DNA of 64,000 bases from an uncultured Ignavibacteriales bacterium (lineage in GTDB: Bacteria; Zixibacteria; MSB-5A5; GN15; FEB-12): positions 83,436 through 147,435 of the forward strand of contig CAZGMK010000003.1 in NCBI GenBank assembly GCA_964526835.1, read 5' to 3'. This document shows, piece after piece, positions 17,945 to 26,659 of this stretch. Each line of letters starts with the position of its first letter. Within the stretch, counting starts at the first letter, position 1. The position numbers were made by a program, and so were the translations under genes. The notes under the pieces are model-generated. The model searched no databases. It saw nothing but the letters and a program-made list of their open reading frames with translations, and was not told where the DNA came from.

Positions 17945-18802
17945 TCTTCGCCGGTCCGCAGAAGCCGCACCGGGGGAGGCGGCTGCAAGTCGGAGAACTC
18001 GGGCGACCTCTTCGGCCGAGGATCGTCGCAGGTCCGGATCGCGGGCCAGCAGGATAGTGAGCAGGTCGATTAGCTCCTGTTCTCTCAGATCGTCCATTTG
18101 CGGCGGAGTGGCTTCGATGCATCGGCTGCACACATGCAGCGGATCGTCCTCAGGTGACAGGATAAAGGGGTGACGGCCGGACAGGGTCTCCCAGGCCATC
18201 ACTCCGAAAGCGAATAAGTCGGATCGAATTGAGCAATGGCCATTAAGGATCGTCTCGGGCGCCATATAGCCCACCGTACCGAGGCCGGCCCGATATTGTT
18301 CAGGCTCGTCGGTACGCAGTCCATAGGCGAAGTCTGCGAGACGAATTCGAAAGGTGCGGCCCGCCCTGTCGCGGGGAGAATCCTCGGATATGTATACATT
18401 GGCGGGTTTCAGATCGCCGTGGATGATACCCGCCCGATGGACGACTGCCAGGCTCTCCGCCAGCCCGCTCAACATTTTGAGACGGTGGTTACGGTCTGCG
18501 AGTTTGACGGCGTAGTCCCAGCGTACGCCGCCCCATTCCATCTCTATCCAGGGCCGGAGACCCGGCGCGTATCGGATCACTCGCACCGCAACCGAACGGG
18601 GTAGAGCGGAAGAAAGGAACACCTCACGGACAACAAGCCTGTCGAATTCCGCTATCGCCTCGGGCGTGCGTCCGGTTGGAGTCTTGATTACAGTGGGATC
18701 GCCTCGGGAAGCGCAGCAGGTCAGCCATACGGACTTGGCGTGATCCCGGTATAGCAGGTGCGACGCCCCTGCGACCGAAGATTGGGGCGCGGATGTTGTC
18801 AC
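17843..18802 (-). CDS. Ser/Thr protein kinase (Hanks type, atypical N-lobe)
   Basis: Catalytic loop HRAGIIHGDLKPANVYI, DFA (DFG-like), and GTVGYMAPE. The GTG start overlaps the upstream kinase stop (GTGA). The 3' 102 nt overlap the convergent ClC gene. Confidence 0.8.
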   Translation of the reverse strand: MTTSAPQSSVAGASHLLYRDHAKSVWLTCCASRGDPTVIKTPTGRTPEAIAEFDRLVVREVFLSSALPRSVAVRVIRYAPGLRPWIEMEWGGVRWDYAVKLADRNHRLKMLSGLAESLAVVHRAGIIHGDLKPANVYISEDSPRDRAGRTFRIRLADFAYGLRTDEPEQYRAGLGTVGYMAPETILNGHCSIRSDLFAFGVMAWETLSGRHPFILSPEDDPLHVCSRCIEATPPQMDDLREQELIDLLTILLARDPDLRRSSAEEVARVLRLAAASPGAASADRRRLLAFETSDLRLRTHQQQDIPVAQDRIRRRCSVD

Positions 18803-20610
18803 TCTTCACTCTTGGGCTGACGGGGTCGCAGGCGCGGCAGGCTTATCATGAAGGATGTCCCCTCTCCCGGCTGCGAATCAACGTCTATCACGCCGCGGTG
18901 CAGTTTGACTGTCCGCTGGCAACTATGCAGCCCGGCGCCATGACCACCCCTTTTGGTCGTGAAATGGAGGTTGAAGATCTTGTCGATCGTTTCCGGGGCT
19001 ATGCCGATGCCGTTGTCGGAAATGGTCAGGGCAATGCGCTCACGGCTCTTGTCGTAGGTCGTCTCGATAGTTACTTCAGCTTCGTAATCGTTGCCCATTT
19101 CCTGTTCTACGATAGACCGTTCTCTGATCGCCTCGGCGGCGTTGGTCAATAGGTGAGTCAGCATCTGCTGAATCTGCGCCACATCAATTTCCGCGTTGGG
19201 CAGATCGGGGTCGTAATCCAGATTGAACCGGATACTCCGGAACCGGGGTTGAGTGCGTAATGAGAATAACAGGTCCTCAACCAGATGGCGGATATCGTAA
19301 CTGATGAATTCGGGATCCGGCCGGGAGAAATCTATGAGGTTATGAACAAACTGCTTGACCCTGTCAATGTTGCCCTGGATTGTCTGGGCATTGTATCGCA
19401 CTTTGTCCCACTGTTCACGATCGAGGTTCTGTTCAATTAGCTCGGCGTTGTTGGCGATCACGGCCAGATTGTTATTCAGCTCGTGGGCGATCGATGCCGC
19501 CATTTCGCCCTTTGCGGCCAGCTTCTCGGAGACGATGAAGTACTTCTCCATCAGTACCTTATCACTAATGTCCTCAAGTGATACTATAATGCCGGGTCGG
19601 TCGGTCGGCAGCCAATCAAGCGGCGTCATATTCACCGACAAGACCTTCTCGAGATACCCTGTATTGTGGTAGAAGCGGGGATCCGCAAACTCGCTTCCGC
19701 TGGTCAAACAGGTGGTCAGCATATGTCGCCAGCGCGGACGTTCTGATGGAGGCAGCAGCGTTATTAGCGAATCGGCCTCTTCCGCCTCGCCTGCCGTTTG
19801 TATCTCGTCCCGATTCCAATCCATGATCTGCAGCGCCACGCGGTTGACGGCCACCAGTCGAGCTTGCTCATCGACGACCAGAGCGCCAATAGGCAACTGC
19901 TCGAGGATTCTCTCAGAGAATGACCGTAGGCGCCGCATTGAGGCGAAGGCTCGGGCATTGCGCAAGGCGGCACCGACCAGGATTGAATACAGTTCCAGCA
20001 GATATAGATCCGATCGCAGAAACATCCGCGAATTGCTGGAGTTATCCAGATAGATAACACCGACAACCCGGGAGCGATCCCGGATAGGGACGCAGATGAT
20101 CGAGCGCAAATGCAGTTCTCGGACTGATGCCCGGCGCGAGTAGCGCTCATCCGACATGGCGTCTGAGCAGTACACGGGTTCACCTGTGGCCGCTACTTGC
20201 GCAGTAACCGAACCGGAGATTCGGTGCTCGTCTTCGTTCAGTTTCTCGTTGGAAAGGTTATAGCTGCTGTGAACCTCCAGGTCACCGTCATCATTGACCA
20301 GCATGACGAGGCCTCGCTCGGCATGCATCAGATCGACCGCCTGGCGCATGATGGCCTGCGAGACTCGGTCGAGTCTCAGAGAGGAATTGACTGCGAGCGC
20401 CGCCTGCAACAGGCCGCGCAGGTTGGACAGGTGACCTTGATCCGGGGTGCCAGTATCCTGGCCCGGGAGTCGAGACCCGGCTATCTGTTCGAGAATCCGG
20501 TCGAATTCGGCCAGGGCGTGACCTACTGCTTCATCGTCTATGGCAGTGTCGGGGCCGGCGCCGTAAGAACCATCCAGAGGTCGTCGAGAATGGGCGGTTG
20601 TCCTGCTCAA
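18799..20610 (-). CDS. Cytoplasmic sensor histidine kinase (GAF-PAS-HisKA-HATPase_c)
   Basis: H-box AASIAHELNNNLAVIANN, N-box LLTNAAEAI, and G-boxes DNGIGI / TTKRGGHGAGL. No TM segments. TTG start. Confidence 0.9.
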   Translation of the reverse strand: MSRTTAHSRRPLDGSYGAGPDTAIDDEAVGHALAEFDRILEQIAGSRLPGQDTGTPDQGHLSNLRGLLQAALAVNSSLRLDRVSQAIMRQAVDLMHAERGLVMLVNDDGDLEVHSSYNLSNEKLNEDEHRISGSVTAQVAATGEPVYCSDAMSDERYSRRASVRELHLRSIICVPIRDRSRVVGVIYLDNSSNSRMFLRSDLYLLELYSILVGAALRNARAFASMRRLRSFSERILEQLPIGALVVDEQARLVAVNRVALQIMDWNRDEIQTAGEAEEADSLITLLPPSERPRWRHMLTTCLTSGSEFADPRFYHNTGYLEKVLSVNMTPLDWLPTDRPGIIVSLEDISDKVLMEKYFIVSEKLAAKGEMAASIAHELNNNLAVIANNAELIEQNLDREQWDKVRYNAQTIQGNIDRVKQFVHNLIDFSRPDPEFISYDIRHLVEDLLFSLRTQPRFRSIRFNLDYDPDLPNAEIDVAQIQQMLTHLLTNAAEAIRERSIVEQEMGNDYEAEVTIETTYDKSRERIALTISDNGIGIAPETIDKIFNLHFTTKRGGHGAGLHSCQRTVKLHRGVIDVDSQPGEGTSFMISLPRLRPRQPKSEE

Positions 20611-20716
20611 GGTCCCTCCATTTCGGGCAACTCTATCTATTGAATTGTATCGGGAAGTGGTCGCGCCCGATGAGTGAACGGCGGTGCTGCGGCCCCATTT
20701 TTCGGGGGGAAAGAGC

Positions 20717-21349
20717 CTATTCTGATCGAATATCGGACAGACGAAACTGGCTGGTCTGGAACTTGAATCGTTCGCGCCCGTAACCGGTCAGACGCAGGAA
20801 CTGGTCGAACATCCACGCCAGTTCAGATTGGCTGTCCGAGGCAGTCGAGCCGTCGGTCGCCTCATTCAACGCCGTCAGCCATACCGTCTCGACCTCGACC
20901 TGCATGAAGTAACGGCTCTTCGAATCAAGGCCGGATTCGTCGCGAAGAATCACCACTACCGAATCGGCCAAAAACCGATGAACGGCCGCCATCGATTTCA
21001 GGACATACGTGGTTTCACCTGACTCCATGGTCGTTGATGATACTTCAAAAGTCTTGGTGGTAAGTGAATAAGAGAGTATATGTGAAGCATTGCTTGATAT
21101 CTCAAGGCTGCTCCCCCAAAGACGTCTCGGCCTTCGCAGCTCAATCCTGATGTCGCAACGCAGAGCCACGCCGTCTTCCAGGCGATTCGCCCGCTCGGCG
21201 GTCAGCAGCATCGACAGGTCGACCTGCACTCTCAGGCTGTCACCCTCATACACCGGAGTCACCGACGGCTCATTGCTCTGCTGAGCCCCGACAGCAACTG
21301 CCAGTCCGATAACCGCAAGGATGGTACTGATGGTCCGGCGCGGCATCAT
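20717..21349 (-). CDS. Exported protein, DUF4390-like
   Basis: Signal peptide MMPRRTISTILAVIGLAVAVGA. The core ..IELRRPRRLWGSSLEISSNASHILSYSLTTKTFEV.. matches my recollection of the DUF4390 pattern, a family usually found next to NtrY/NtrX-type systems. Confidence 0.45.
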   Translation of the reverse strand: MMPRRTISTILAVIGLAVAVGAQQSNEPSVTPVYEGDSLRVQVDLSMLLTAERANRLEDGVALRCDIRIELRRPRRLWGSSLEISSNASHILSYSLTTKTFEVSSTTMESGETTYVLKSMAAVHRFLADSVVVILRDESGLDSKSRYFMQVEVETVWLTALNEATDGSTASDSQSELAWMFDQFLRLTGYGRERFKFQTSQFRLSDIRSE

Positions 21350-21385
21350 AAATCAGGGTTCCCTCAAGCCGCCTCTCGATCGGGA

Positions 21386-23137
21386 TCAGAAAACGTGTTC
21401 AAGTCGCACGTATATCATAGCGCCGTCGTCATCGGAACCGTCCAGTCGGCGGCTGACATTCAGACGGAATCCATCGCCCAGGAACAGGCCCACGCCGAGC
21501 GAGTGCTTGACCTCGGCCTCAGTGTCAAGCGGGACCTCATTGGCGATCTGACCCACATCCCAGAACAGCGCGGCAGCCAGGTCGGTCCGCGGGAAACGCA
21601 CCCGATATTCCATGTTAGCCATCCAGAATTCGGTCCCCAAGTACTCTTTGTGCTCATAGCCTCGAAGCGTGCCCAGCCCTCCAATGAAGAACCGCTTGTG
21701 CATCGGTACCTGTCTGTCGCTACCGCCATAGACAGCCCGCATGATCAGCATGGATCGTTGGTGTATCCTCTGGTACCGGCGCAGGTTCACCATGTATCGG
21801 CCGTAATCATAGTCGGATTTCAGGTCCGGGCTGGAGTATTCGAAATCGCCGCTAATGTGCCACGACGAACGACGAAATGGGTCGTCCCCGCGGCGAGTAT
21901 CGAAGTCTATCCGCAACCGCAGCCCGGCGTTCTCCAGTGAGTCTATACTCCTTATCCCGGGGTTGCGCAGGCTGCTGTCCACGGTTGAAAAGTTGTGGCT
22001 GAATTTCTTACTGCCCCCGAAAAGCGACCAGAGGTTTCTGTGGGCGCCGAGCCATTTCGTCTCTTCCCAGAAATACCCCGCCTCGAACCGCAGGTTGCTC
22101 AGAGGTCGCGAGACCAGCCCTACTTCGGCGCCCTCGGATTCGTAGTAGTCCTTGAAGTCTTCTTTGGCCAGCAGAGCGAAGACAGTGTTCTCCTTGGTGT
22201 TAAGCAACCAGTCATCCTCGGATGCCAGGTGGCGACCATAGCGGCCTTTGATGGCCAGCGGAAATCCTCGGAGCAGGGTTTGCTCGAGGCCAACTTCGAA
22301 GCGCCAGCGTTCGGAGGCAAAGGCATAACCCGCCCGCCCCCATACAGACGGCAACAGCGAGTCCTGATCGTGGTACTCAACTCCCTCCTGCAAATATAAG
22401 CCGTCTACCCGATTGTAGGCCAGCCGGAAACAGTCGTCGAACTCTGTCTCCTGCCGCTTCAATTCGCGGCGAGCCTTAATGCGGCGGCGCTCGGCGGTGT
22501 ACATCTCGCCGTAAACAGCGGCGTCCCTGGCGACGTCGATCCGGCCATTGATGGTTGCAATGTCGCCTCGGGCCACGGCTTCCGGGCCGACATAGATTTC
22601 GCCGAACAGCGATACTATATCGCCGTTAACCTCGCCGTACGCTTCGACATCGCCGGTCACCGTGAACACCATCCCCCGAACGAACTGATCCTCAGCAACG
22701 ATGACTGGCTGGTTATAGGTCTTCACATTGCCGCTCAGCAATCGCTGGACGCGGCTGGTGGTATCGCTGTGAGTAAGGCAGGTGATCGTGACGAACTCAT
22801 CGCGGTCCATGACTCTTATGTCGTGTACTCGATTCCATGAGACAACCTGCGGTCCGACATGGGCGCCGTCGGCATCAAACAGCACCTGGCCGCCGACCCA
22901 TACCGTCCCGTCCGGTGAGACCTTAATCGCATCGCGATCCACCTCGGTTTGCTGCGCCACCGCATCGAGAAAGCTCTCAACCCTTACCAGCGTCTTGCTG
23001 AATGTGATCTGCATCACCGTCCGTATGTTCGCCTCGCGGCGGAATGGCTTGTAAGGCTCTTCCTGCGCCACCGCTATGGTGCAACTCAGGATCAGGATCA
23101 GCAGCCCCATGAGGGCGATAGGATACTTACTTCGCAT
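21386..23137 (-). CDS. Outer-membrane Omp85/D15-type beta-barrel protein with N-terminal bactofilin-like beta-helix region and no recognisable POTRA
   Basis: Signal peptide. The stretch VTGDVEAYGEVNGDIVSLFGEIYVGPEAVARGDIATINGRIDVARDAAVYGEMY is a polymer-forming cytoskeletal type repeat. C-terminal barrel motifs FFIGGLGTLRGY and terminal ..IYVRLEHVF. ATG 23137 is preceded by GGAGG; the TTG at 23140 is one codon upstream. Confidence 0.7.
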   Translation of the reverse strand: MRSKYPIALMGLLILILSCTIAVAQEEPYKPFRREANIRTVMQITFSKTLVRVESFLDAVAQQTEVDRDAIKVSPDGTVWVGGQVLFDADGAHVGPQVVSWNRVHDIRVMDRDEFVTITCLTHSDTTSRVQRLLSGNVKTYNQPVIVAEDQFVRGMVFTVTGDVEAYGEVNGDIVSLFGEIYVGPEAVARGDIATINGRIDVARDAAVYGEMYTAERRRIKARRELKRQETEFDDCFRLAYNRVDGLYLQEGVEYHDQDSLLPSVWGRAGYAFASERWRFEVGLEQTLLRGFPLAIKGRYGRHLASEDDWLLNTKENTVFALLAKEDFKDYYESEGAEVGLVSRPLSNLRFEAGYFWEETKWLGAHRNLWSLFGGSKKFSHNFSTVDSSLRNPGIRSIDSLENAGLRLRIDFDTRRGDDPFRRSSWHISGDFEYSSPDLKSDYDYGRYMVNLRRYQRIHQRSMLIMRAVYGGSDRQVPMHKRFFIGGLGTLRGYEHKEYLGTEFWMANMEYRVRFPRTDLAAALFWDVGQIANEVPLDTEAEVKHSLGVGLFLGDGFRLNVSRRLDGSDDDGAMIYVRLEHVF

Positions 23138-23164
23138 CAAGGCCTCCAGTTTTCACTGCTATAC

Positions 23165-23180
23165 AACAAACCGCATGCCA
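23165..23180 (-). promoter_or_regulatory. Candidate sigma-54 promoter (-24 TGGCATG / -12 TTGTT)
   Basis: The minus strand reads TGGCATG-CGGT-TTGTT, against my recollection of the consensus TGGCACG-N4-TTGCW. Spacing is correct, with one mismatch in each element. It lies about 25 nt upstream of the GGAGG-ATG of the OMP gene and just downstream of the sigma-54 activator gene. Confidence 0.4.
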
Positions 23181-23267
23181 GACAGTCAACATGAGATTGG
23201 TAAGGGGATAGCGGGCAATTAGGCTGCTGTGCCGTGTGATTCTGCCACGCTTGTGACCTGAATCTGT

Positions 23268-24623
23268 TCATTGGGACTTCAGCCCGAACTGTTTCACCTT
23301 GCGCGACAGATTGGCCCGGTCCACACCCAACACCCGCGCGGCCTCCGAGATGTTCCCGTTGCACCGGTCGAGCGTCTGTGAGATCAGGAGACGCTCGAAG
23401 GCTTCAAGTCGGCTGGACAAGGAATCCCCATCAGGAGGCATCTGCTCCCCAACGGATTCCCGCGGCGATGCCGGAGTCAACTGGGCGGCGAGTTCACGCA
23501 GCCCAATCCGGCGTCCCGGATAGATGATTGAGAGGCGCTCTACGACATTTTTGAGTTGACGAACATTGCCCGGCCACCGGACTGTCATCAGGTGGGCCAG
23601 CGCCTCGGGAGAGAGACTGGTCGACCCGCTGGGGTCGAAGCGGCGGAGAAACTCAGCCACAAGTATCGGGATGTCCTCCCTGCGGTTGTCCAGCGAGGGA
23701 ACCTGAATATGGAAGACGGAGACGCGATAGTACAGGTCCTGGCGGAACTTCCCCTCGGCCAGAAGCGTGTCGAGATTCCGATTGGTGGCGCAGATCACGC
23801 GGACATCAACGATATTGGTCTCGGCGGCCCCCAGGGTTTCGACCTCACCCGTCTCCAGGACTCTCAGGAGTTTCGCCTGGCAGGGCGACGGGAGATCCCC
23901 GATCTCATCCAGGAGCAACGTACCGCCGTCCGCCAGCATGAACTTGCCCGGATAGTCTTTCACGGCCCCGGTAAACGCGCCCTTGCGATGGCCGAACAGC
24001 TCTGATTCGAACAAGGTCTGGGGAATACCCGGGCAGTTGACCCGGATGAGTGGTTTGTCGCGTCGGATACTCTGCAGATGCAAACGAGTTGCAACCAGTT
24101 CCTTCCCGGTTCCGTTGGGGCCGGTGATAAGAACCGACGCATCGGACGGAGCGGCCTGTTCGATTTCCCGGAGTAACTTCTGCATGGCCGGGCTGTTGCC
24201 TGTGAGGCGGCATTGTTCGTCCGCCTGATCGGCCATGACTGTCCGGTGGCGGCGCGCCGTTGTCAGCAGCAGGCACGATCGCACGGTCGCAAGGAGACGT
24301 TCGGGTGTCACCGGCTTCTCCAGATAGTCCAGGGCTCCCAGCTTGAGCGCTTCCAGTGCCGTGCCCACCTCAGATTGGCCCGAAACCACGAGATACTCCG
24401 GGGCGCCGAGGCCCGTCTGAGATCGCAACAGGTCAAGGCCCGATTCTCCGGGAAAGCTGAGGTCGAGCAGCACCAGGTCGAACGGCTGTCGTCTTATCAT
24501 CTCGGAGGCCTGCCGCACACTGCCGGCCGTATCGGTGCGATAGCCTTCGCCTTTCAGCAGGGAGGCGAGACTGCGGGTTACTGATGCCTCGTCGTCGACA
24601 ATCAGAATTCGCTCTCTACTCAC
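23268..24623 (-). CDS. Sigma-54-dependent response regulator (REC - AAA+ - Fis-type HTH; NtrC/NtrX family)
   Basis: REC domain with ILIVDDE..DLVLLDL. Walker A GPNGTGKE. GAFTGA loop present (KGAFTGA). ESELFGH. C-terminal HTH ..NISEAARVLGVDRANLSRKVK. Confidence 0.92.
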   Translation of the reverse strand: MSRERILIVDDEASVTRSLASLLKGEGYRTDTAGSVRQASEMIRRQPFDLVLLDLSFPGESGLDLLRSQTGLGAPEYLVVSGQSEVGTALEALKLGALDYLEKPVTPERLLATVRSCLLLTTARRHRTVMADQADEQCRLTGNSPAMQKLLREIEQAAPSDASVLITGPNGTGKELVATRLHLQSIRRDKPLIRVNCPGIPQTLFESELFGHRKGAFTGAVKDYPGKFMLADGGTLLLDEIGDLPSPCQAKLLRVLETGEVETLGAAETNIVDVRVICATNRNLDTLLAEGKFRQDLYYRVSVFHIQVPSLDNRREDIPILVAEFLRRFDPSGSTSLSPEALAHLMTVRWPGNVRQLKNVVERLSIIYPGRRIGLRELAAQLTPASPRESVGEQMPPDGDSLSSRLEAFERLLISQTLDRCNGNISEAARVLGVDRANLSRKVKQFGLKSQ

Positions 24624-26079
24624 CGTACTCCTCCGCGAGAGGAATAACTAGCCTGACAGTTGTACCGACCCGGGGTTCGCTCTCAATGTCCAGACGTCCT
24701 CCACAGTCGGCGGCAACTCTTTCGACCAGGGCCAGCCCCAGGCCACTGCCGCGTTCCCTGGTCGTGAAGTAGGGAAGACGCGCCGAAGCCATCTGGCCGG
24801 CGTTCATCCCCTGGCCCTGGTCCTTGACCTCAATGATCGCCTGTCCCAATGAGTTCACGGTCAGAGACAACTCGATGCCTCGGCCCTCAGGAGTCGCTTC
24901 CCGGGCGTTCTTCAACAGATTGTGTATAGCTTCGCGCAGGTAACTCACGTCGACCTGAGCGTATACCGGCTCATTCGGAACGGAGAGGCCGAAATCATGG
25001 CCGGTCATGCGTTCCCGGTACAGATGTGCGATGGAGCGGAGCAACTCAGACAGATCCTCGCGTCTCGGTTCTGGATCGGGCATCCTGGACAGGGCGGAAA
25101 ATCGTTCGGCCAGGTGGGTGAGATGGCTGATTTCCTCATCTATCGCCGATACCAACTCATTGATGCGACCGGGGTCAGCGCCCTCTTGCACGGCCTTTCG
25201 AATCTGATACAGCGATACTGCGACCGGTTGCAGGGGATTTCTGAGTTCGTGAGCGAAGCGTTTGGCGATTCCGCGCCAGGCAGCCACTCGCTCGCTTTGG
25301 CTGAGGCGCCTGGTAAGGTCATCCAACTGCTGCGCCATACGATTCACGCTCTCCACCAGGACCGCAACTTCGCCACTGGCGTCAGCATGTACGCGCCTCG
25401 CGAAGTCTCCCCTGGCGATGTCGTTCACCACTTCTGTGGTGGCGGCGATCGGGTCGGCAAGGCGAGCGCTGGTGCGCCGTGAAAACACTGTCGCGACGAT
25501 GGCGGCCGCGAGAAGCACCAGGCCGAGGAGGATTGCGACAAAGGCGAAGTAGTAACCTCCGCGCTCGGTGCTCTCTCTGGCCCGCCGATGCGATTGCTCG
25601 AACAGTTGGATGGCCTGCTGGTAGGACCGAGGGTGGATCTTGGCAGCGCAGAGAAGATCGAGCAGGGAGTCCTGTCGGCAGACTATCTGGGCTGGGCCGC
25701 TGGATGTCACACGCCAATGTGTGGATGGCCCCAGCGTCGTCACGTCGATCTCCCGAAGCAAGGCAGGCACCGGGTACGCCGCTGCGCTGATAATTGTCAG
25801 GGAGTCACCATCAACAGAGAATATTGCGTCGACTGGACCCATGTCTCCGGTTGAGAGATGACGATCCGGCGAAATGGCCCTGGTGAGTCGTTGCTCTGCG
25901 TCTGCCTGCTGGTACTCCAGCAGCGTCATGAAAGCTCTGTCGATGCTACCGACGTTGTCTTCTCGTAAGCCGAATGACCCAGCCGCCAGCCACAGCGCCA
26001 CCAGCGCCATGATTGTGGCGGGCGCCAGCGAGAACAGAAGGAAGAGTCGAAGCAGGCGGTGGCGGAAGGTCATGCCCAT
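24616..26079 (-). CDS. Membrane sensor histidine kinase (2 TM - HAMP - HisKA - HATPase_c)
   Basis: H-box RFAHELRNPLQPV, N-box HNLLKNAREA, and G-boxes DQGQGM / GSGLGLALV. I chose the start at ATG 26079, 13 nt after the Nudix stop. The longer ORF to 26220 would overlap the Nudix gene. Confidence 0.85.
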   Translation of the reverse strand: MGMTFRHRLLRLFLLFSLAPATIMALVALWLAAGSFGLREDNVGSIDRAFMTLLEYQQADAEQRLTRAISPDRHLSTGDMGPVDAIFSVDGDSLTIISAAAYPVPALLREIDVTTLGPSTHWRVTSSGPAQIVCRQDSLLDLLCAAKIHPRSYQQAIQLFEQSHRRARESTERGGYYFAFVAILLGLVLLAAAIVATVFSRRTSARLADPIAATTEVVNDIARGDFARRVHADASGEVAVLVESVNRMAQQLDDLTRRLSQSERVAAWRGIAKRFAHELRNPLQPVAVSLYQIRKAVQEGADPGRINELVSAIDEEISHLTHLAERFSALSRMPDPEPRREDLSELLRSIAHLYRERMTGHDFGLSVPNEPVYAQVDVSYLREAIHNLLKNAREATPEGRGIELSLTVNSLGQAIIEVKDQGQGMNAGQMASARLPYFTTRERGSGLGLALVERVAADCGGRLDIESEPRVGTTVRLVIPLAEEYGE

Positions 26080-26092
26080 AGTCGCATTCAAG

Positions 26093-26659
26093 TCACGAGC
26101 GATATCGCTCGCAGTACTCTCTGATCGCCTGGATGTGCGCTTTGAAGGCGATCCGATCGGGAATTTCATCGAAGCCGAAGAAGCGTACTTCCTCTGCGTC
26201 ATCGGCAGCCCGCAATTCACCGCCGACCTTCTTGCCCAGATAGAGGATGAGCACGGCGTTTGCCCGGGGATCGTCCTGCCCCGAATAGACTTCGAACAGA
26301 CCGGTCAGCTCGATGTCCAGACCGGTCTCTTCGGCCAGCTCGCGTACTGCTGTCTGACGAGGGTTTTCCTCCCACTCCATGAAACCCGCCGGAATACACC
26401 ACCAGCCGATCCGCGGGGGATGGGCTCTCTTGACCAACAGTAACTTGTCGTCCTCGACTACTATCACTCCCGCCGCCGGAATCGGGTTCTGATAGAAGAC
26501 ATATCCGCAGGATCGGTTGGTGCAGACCATTCGCGGCCGGCCGTCGAGGTCACGTTCCTCCAGCTCGGTCCGACACTTCGGACAGTAGGTATAACCCAGA
26601 TGATGATCCTTCAGCGCCATCATTTCATCGACATCGAAATCATCATGCCTTTTGTTCAT
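26093..26659 (-). CDS. Nudix hydrolase with N-terminal zinc ribbon
   Basis: CPKC..(17)..CTNRSC zinc ribbon. Nudix box GWWCIPAGFMEWEENPRQTAVRELAEETGL. The start overlaps the PP2C gene end by 17 nt. Confidence 0.85.
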   Translation of the reverse strand: MNKRHDDFDVDEMMALKDHHLGYTYCPKCRTELEERDLDGRPRMVCTNRSCGYVFYQNPIPAAGVIVVEDDKLLLVKRAHPPRIGWWCIPAGFMEWEENPRQTAVRELAEETGLDIELTGLFEVYSGQDDPRANAVLILYLGKKVGGELRAADDAEEVRFFGFDEIPDRIAFKAHIQAIREYCERYRS

